The translations under genes were made by a program, and so were the position numbers. Positions 26,944 to 31,535 of a DNA stretch of 31,535 nucleotides are shown here, in pieces; position 1 is the stretch's first letter, and each line of letters opens with the position of its first letter. The notes below the pieces were generated by a model that searched no databases, was not told where the DNA came from, and was given only the letters and a program-made list of their open reading frames with translations. The stretch comes from an archaeon. Its GTDB lineage: Archaea; Asgardarchaeota; Thorarchaeia; Thorarchaeales; Thorarchaeaceae. The DNA is taken from positions 1-31,535 of the forward strand of contig JAJRZD010000018.1 of the NCBI GenBank assembly GCA_024275415.1, in the 5' to 3' direction.

Positions 26944-27831
26944 TTATTGTCCCTCCACTGGATGAGTCAGATAAGTGACTTCAAGATCCTTCGTAATCAC
27001 AGCTGTGCTCCTTCGAGCTGCCCAACACTGTACGGCAACGCCAACAGGAAGGCTGGCAGGATGGCGCATTGCATAATCTACCTTGACTCCAAGAACCGTG
27101 GTCTTCCCGCCCAATCCCATAGGACCGATACCTGTAGCATTGATTGCCTCGAATATCTCGTTCTCGATCTGGGCAACCTCGTGTTCAGGATGTGAATCGT
27201 TCAATGGTCTGCGTAGCTGTTCCTTCGCTATCTTGATCGCTATGTCAGCGCCACCGCCAATACCTATGCCGATGATATTGGGAGCGCATGCTTTGCCCAT
27301 GTATCTCATAGCGTTGTCGACAACGAGTTTCTTCACTCCCGTGAGACCAACTCCAGGTTTAAGCATGCCCACGATACTGACATTCTCACTGCCACCTCCT
27401 TTTGGAAATGCCGTGATCTCTAACGAGTCGCCTGGCACAAGCTCCCAGTTAATCCAAGGAATCTTCCTGCCGGTATTATCCCCAGAGTTACCCCCGACAA
27501 TCGGATTGACAGCATTGGGTCTGAGCGGAACCTCAGCCGTGGCCTTTCGTGTGCCATTCTCTACTGCAGTCCGGATCTCGTCCATAAACGGGAAGTCATA
27601 GCCCACTTTTGCGTAGAAGATCATTATTCCCGTATCTTGACACATTGGAATGCCGCCATCTGCAATTCCAATGTTCTCGATAATCGCCCCTAGCTGGGTC
27701 TTGGCAGTTTCATTGTCCTCATTCTCGTAAGCTGTCCTTAAAGCGTCCTCAACATCCTTCGGTAGCTTTGTAGCAGCCATCTTGAGAAGACGGAATACTG
27801 TATCCTGTAGTACGTCAGCTGGATCTTTCAT
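26944..27831 (-). CDS. Class I Fe-S fumarate hydratase alpha (N-terminal) subunit
   Basis: PMCQDTG, LRPNAV, GDNTG, PKGGGSEN (fumarase-type rather than TtdA-type), ACAP, GIGPMGLGGKTT, RHPASLPVGV..QCWAAR. Start ATG 27831 preferred; the ORF track starts at 27876. Confidence 0.9.
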   Translation of the reverse strand: MKDPADVLQDTVFRLLKMAATKLPKDVEDALRTAYENEDNETAKTQLGAIIENIGIADGGIPMCQDTGIMIFYAKVGYDFPFMDEIRTAVENGTRKATAEVPLRPNAVNPIVGGNSGDNTGRKIPWINWELVPGDSLEITAFPKGGGSENVSIVGMLKPGVGLTGVKKLVVDNAMRYMGKACAPNIIGIGIGGGADIAIKIAKEQLRRPLNDSHPEHEVAQIENEIFEAINATGIGPMGLGGKTTVLGVKVDYAMRHPASLPVGVAVQCWAARRSTAVITKDLEVTYLTHPVEGQ

Positions 27832-28054
27832 TATATCAACATCTGCCTTTGTTGTCCAACGGGACGTAGAATTCATCCCGTATACATGTCTGGCACGAAG
27901 GTATCCCCCTAATCTGTCTTATCGTTTGGAGGAAATTGGACGCGTGTCGGTAAGCCATGATAAGCAGAAGGTAAAATAGCTTGATGCGGTAGCAAATCAT
28001 GTGAGCATATCATGAAAGTTAGGACGGATAAGACGTTCAGATGATGATGGTGAT

Positions 28055-28546
28055 TTGATGGGTGTAGTGTTCACTTTACAAGGGATTGTCACGTTTGCCT
28101 ATGTGCTAGGTATATTGGTGACATTTAGTCACTTGGATATTAGGGCACGCCGGGTTCCAAACAAGGTCATAGGGATTACGATAATAGCAAGCACCATTCT
28201 AGGAATTCTAACAGGGCATATCTTAGCGTATCTGTTACTGCATCTGATTGCGGTGATCCTGATGATATGTGTCGCAACTGTCCTATTCAAATTGGATGCG
28301 ATTGGTGGGGCCGACGCAAAGACGTTAGTAGTGATTGCGTGGACAAGCCCAGGAATGGAATTCGCAACCTACGATAATCTCGTATTTGAGGCATTGATTG
28401 GGGGATTGGTTCCACTCCTGATCATGTTTATCCTAGGATATTTGTACTCGAAGAAATCAGTTACAACCGATTCCAGACCGACTCCTCTCATCCCTTTCCT
28501 TCTGGCCGGTTTCCTTCTGATGCAGGTGCTGGCACTGATTCAATGA
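28055..28546 (+). CDS. A24-family prepilin/prearchaellin peptidase
   Basis: Two catalytic-Asp motifs SHLDIRARRVPN and IGGADAK, multiple TM segments and C-terminal PLIPFL. Confidence 0.85.
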   Translation: MMGVVFTLQGIVTFAYVLGILVTFSHLDIRARRVPNKVIGITIIASTILGILTGHILAYLLLHLIAVILMICVATVLFKLDAIGGADAKTLVVIAWTSPGMEFATYDNLVFEALIGGLVPLLIMFILGYLYSKKSVTTDSRPTPLIPFLLAGFLLMQVLALIQ

Positions 28547-28549
28547 TGT

Positions 28550-29284
28550 TTATCTCGGGGGCTTCTGGTTCCCGAGTACTCGGATACCGTTTTTTCCAAT
28601 CTCGAATCTGTGGCGCTTCATGCTGTGAGAAGTGTACCGCATCTTACGAATCAGCAGACTCCTTTCAAGACCCTCGGTGCCTTCGGAGATATGCAACGTG
28701 ATGAAACCCTGCATCACGAATTGTTCGGTTCCTATCCCATGTCTATGTTGGGCTCCTACCGATTCTAGTTCACCTATGAAAAGCGATGTCACTTTCAGTT
28801 CGTTGAGGAGAGAACTAATCCTGTAAAGATCGCGCCGTACATCCCCAGAATCATCAAATCGTGGTATCAACCCCGCTATGCTGTCCAATACAAGACGTTT
28901 TGCCCCTGTGGAAACAATCGCGTCATAAGCCATCTCTGCAAGGGATTCCATGTCGAAGCCACGTTTCAGAGCATACTTCTCTGATGTGGGGAGTTGTGCC
29001 TTGCTCGATGCCCCATCGATGATAATGAACTTGTTCGATTTCTCAAATTCTGAGAGTGACCACCCAAACTGGGATGCTATCAGTCGTAGGTCATCAGGAC
29101 GAGTTTCGAGAGTGATGTAGATGCAAGTGTCATCGAACATCGTGATACCATTATAGAGATACTGAAGACCGAAGATTGTCTTCCCTGCACCTGTAGGCCC
29201 CATGAGCAGGGTGGTGGTACCTTCGGGAAAACCTCCGTCCAGTAATGGGTCGAAATTGGTGATGCCTGTTGGAAGTCTCTTCAT
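28550..29284 (-). CDS. Single-domain KaiC-like/RAD55 RecA-superfamily ATPase
   Basis: RLPTGITNFDPLLDGGFP, Walker A GPTGAGKT, Walker B LVLDSI and RSLLIRKMR. Confidence 0.92.
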   Translation of the reverse strand: MKRLPTGITNFDPLLDGGFPEGTTTLLMGPTGAGKTIFGLQYLYNGITMFDDTCIYITLETRPDDLRLIASQFGWSLSEFEKSNKFIIIDGASSKAQLPTSEKYALKRGFDMESLAEMAYDAIVSTGAKRLVLDSIAGLIPRFDDSGDVRRDLYRISSLLNELKVTSLFIGELESVGAQHRHGIGTEQFVMQGFITLHISEGTEGLERSLLIRKMRYTSHSMKRHRFEIGKNGIRVLGNQKPPR

Positions 29285-29296
29285 GACATATCATCT

Positions 29297-29776
29297 CTAT
29301 TCGGGCATCCCGCTCAGTTCCCATCCCTTCACTACCTTAGAAAGAGGGATTAGTACAGTGTTGACCACGTCGGGTGACTTGCCAATCGCATCACGGGAGT
29401 CGTGGATTGTCCTCATGCTCTCGCCCAAGAAGATGGCATGAATCATTGTGGGCTCCTCAATGGCCACCCATAGTATGTCCTCTCGCTCAGCAAGCTCCTC
29501 AGAGAAGCTTACTGTCCGCTCCTTACTGATATCGGGAAGGATATGCCCACCAATCTCTATTTTGATCAATGCGGCAGCATGATATCCAAATGCCTCAGGC
29601 CTGACCAGTGCGGCGAACCTGCTCACTACATTGTTTTTTATTAATTTCCGTGTCCTGAAGTGGATAGTGGTATCGGGCTGATCCAGCTCGGAGGCGATGT
29701 GCGTGAATGGAGCCCTTGCGTCTCGTTGGAGTATCTTGATAAGACGACGATCCAAATCATCTAGTCCTTTGGGCAT
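29297..29776 (-). CDS. Lrp/AsnC-family transcriptional regulator
   Basis: LDDLDRRLIKILQRDARAPFTHIASEL...TIHFRTRKL HTH followed by a RAM-like domain; 12 bp upstream of the KaiC-like gene. Confidence 0.9.
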   Translation of the reverse strand: MPKGLDDLDRRLIKILQRDARAPFTHIASELDQPDTTIHFRTRKLIKNNVVSRFAALVRPEAFGYHAAALIKIEIGGHILPDISKERTVSFSEELAEREDILWVAIEEPTMIHAIFLGESMRTIHDSRDAIGKSPDVVNTVLIPLSKVVKGWELSGMPE

Positions 29777-29956
29777 AATATCCTCATTATTCCAAGGAAC
29801 ATATTAAAAGTTGTGGGATTCGCAATCCTTTTTTGAAATCTTGAGTGAAATTGCATAGTTTCCGAATTCTGTTGAGATAATTATGAGCGATTTGGAGTGG
29901 AAGGGGATTTTATCGACAGAGCGATGTGAAAGTCACAAGAGCCTTGAATGCCATGG

Positions 29957-30301
29957 TCACAGGTTCTCAAGAATCTCAGGGGGAAGAGTGAAGCCGTACA
30001 TAATAGTCCACAACACAACCCACAGCAGGAGGAAGGATGGGAGTGCGCTTGTAATAAGCTTCTGACGCCCGCCAAGCTCTTCGGGATCTATTTCCAAGAG
30101 ATAGACAACAATGTAAAGAGTCAGTCCATACATCAGGACACCGAACATCAATCCTCTAATGCCAGCAAATGCGGGGCCTTGTGATGCATTGAATATCCCA
30201 GTGAGTATCGCAAAGAGAATTTTTAGATAATACTGCTGGTCATTAGGGTTGTCTGCCCATCTGCCAAAGATACGTTGGAATATATTTCGAAGCACCTGCA
30301 T
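29957..30301 (-). CDS. RAB5IF/OPTI-EMC6 (Rab5ip) family three-TM protein
   Basis: YYLKILFAILTG...GIRGLMFG...YLLEIDPEELGGRQKLITSALPSFLLLWVVLWTIMYG resembles RAB5IF as I recall it (YWFRQIIAVVLG...YLQIDEEEYGGTWELTKEGFMTSFALFMVIWIIFYT); GGTGA RBS. Confidence 0.7.
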   Translation of the reverse strand: MQVLRNIFQRIFGRWADNPNDQQYYLKILFAILTGIFNASQGPAFAGIRGLMFGVLMYGLTLYIVVYLLEIDPEELGGRQKLITSALPSFLLLWVVLWTIMYGFTLPPEILENL

Positions 30302-30377
30302 TGCTAATCACCAGAGATGGTACGAATTTGACGGCAATCGACATGTTATAAAACGCTCGGTCTGTGGGGGATATGCC

Positions 30378-31535
30378 ATGAAGACAGCAATGAGCAATAT
30401 CGACATACGCCTGATAATCCCCGAGCTTAGAGATGCGATAGAGGGAGCATTTATCAAGAACATCTACCAATATGGGGATATATTCGTGCTCAAACTCTAT
30501 CAACCCGGAGGAGGAACATATCAGCTCCTCATCCAGCCCGGGCAACGCATCCATTTTACCGAATTTCGTCGGGTTGCTCCACGGATGCCAACGAAGTTTG
30601 CATCAGTGCTCAGGAAGTATCTGAGGGACAGTAAGATACACTCGATTAAACAACACGATTTGGATAGGATAGTTATCATTGAGATTGGAAATGAAGAAAG
30701 GTCTTACAAGCTGGTTGCGGAGCTTTTTGGTAATGGTAACTTGTTGTTATTGGATCCGGAAGATATGATATTCGTCGCCATGCGATACCGCCGGATGAGA
30801 GACAGAGATGTTATCCCAAAGGCCAAGTATGTGTTCCCCCCTCCCAGAGGAGTGGATGTTCTCACTAACGAAGGATATAGATTGAGAGACCTCATTCTTG
30901 ACTCGAAAGCGAATATAGTCAGGACTCTTGCATCTCGACTGAACTTGGACTCGCAAAGCTGTGAAGAGGTCTGCGCCTTAGCGGGATTGCCAAGCACTCT
31001 CAAGGTGCAGGATCTGGACGAGAATGGGCTGAAAGATCTCGAAGAAGGGCTGAAAGCATTCGTTGAGAAAGTGAGAAAGGGGATAGTACACCCGTGTATT
31101 GTGGAGAACCTAGAGGTCGAAGAGGATGAAGAGGAAAACGGTGCTTTTGAGCCAGAACGTGTCGCATATGTCCCATTCAGACACGAGGTGTTTCAGAGCC
31201 TTGAGTGCAAGTCATATGATACCTTCAGTCAGGCAATCGACGAGTTTTATGGGGTGTCTGAAGCCGAACTCGAGGATGAGGTAGCAAAGAGCGCGCAGGA
31301 GAAAGAGAGAAGTAGGCTTCAACGAATCATCGACAAGCAGCAAGAAAGCATCGAGAAGCTCATCGCAAAGGCAGAAGTTGAACGGCTGAAAGGGGAACTC
31401 ATCTATGCTCATTTTCAAATCGTCCAGGATGTCCTTGACACTATAAGCGATGCACGGGCTTCGGGTCGGTCATGGTCGGACATCATACGTACAGTGGAGA
31501 AAGGAAAGGCTCAAGGGAATGCCACCGCCCAGCTC
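30378..31535 (+). CDS. rqcH: Ribosome quality control protein RqcH/NEMF (NFACT family), partial, runs off the window end
   Basis: Read manually (absent from the ORF track because it has no stop): MKTAMSNIDIRLIIPEL..IKNIYQ..FASVLRKYL..IKQHDLDRIV..LVAELFGNGNLLLLD..YVFPP. Confidence 0.92.
   Translation, partial: MKTAMSNIDIRLIIPELRDAIEGAFIKNIYQYGDIFVLKLYQPGGGTYQLLIQPGQRIHFTEFRRVAPRMPTKFASVLRKYLRDSKIHSIKQHDLDRIVIIEIGNEERSYKLVAELFGNGNLLLLDPEDMIFVAMRYRRMRDRDVIPKAKYVFPPPRGVDVLTNEGYRLRDLILDSKANIVRTLASRLNLDSQSCEEVCALAGLPSTLKVQDLDENGLKDLEEGLKAFVEKVRKGIVHPCIVENLEVEEDEEENGAFEPERVAYVPFRHEVFQSLECKSYDTFSQAIDEFYGVSEAELEDEVAKSAQEKERSRLQRIIDKQQESIEKLIAKAEVERLKGELIYAHFQIVQDVLDTISDARASGRSWSDIIRTVEKGKAQGNATAQL

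Noticed and set aside
205-31418. Numerous antisense or alternate-frame ORFs in the track (e.g. 6723-7298, 9927-10529, 12922-13503, 16725-17411, 21830-22426)
   Set aside because: They overlap well-supported genes and show no domain motifs, so they are shadow ORFs.
1-31535. CRISPR array, tRNA or rRNA genes
   Set aside because: No regularly spaced direct repeats, and no cloverleaf or rRNA signatures seen by eye; a tRNAscan/Infernal run would be decisive.

Overview
Archaeal chromosomal window, most likely Asgard (Thorarchaeota-like). This is inferred from four Roadblock/LC7 paralogues, an MglA-type GTPase, a Sec23/24-like zinc finger-vWA protein, a PCI-like protein, an EMC6/RAB5IF-like membrane protein, rps8e and archaeal TATA/RBS signals. 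Housekeeping and metabolic genes: uppS, ADP-forming acyl-CoA synthetase alpha/beta, a LipS1-type radical SAM enzyme, smc-scpA-scpB (smc broken by one in-frame TAA), hypE, hypA (apparent CTG start), rps8e, thiol:fumarate reductase-type tfrAB, a two-subunit class I fumarate hydratase, an A24 prepilin peptidase, Lrp plus a KaiC-like ATPase, and the 5' part of rqcH/NEMF. Two decayed mobile elements are present: a miniature IS481-like remnant (40-414) and an internally deleted IS607/TnpB element with perfect 15-bp terminal inverted repeats (7809-8884). The best candidate for an undescribed system is the 9.0-12.9 kb cluster of a Sec23/24-like protein, three Roadblocks and an MglA GTPase. A protein apparently built of four AAA+-lid-like repeats and the RAB5IF/EMC6-like gene are next. 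All family calls come from motif recognition by eye; no database searches were run. Several starts were moved from the ORF track using RBS or homology.
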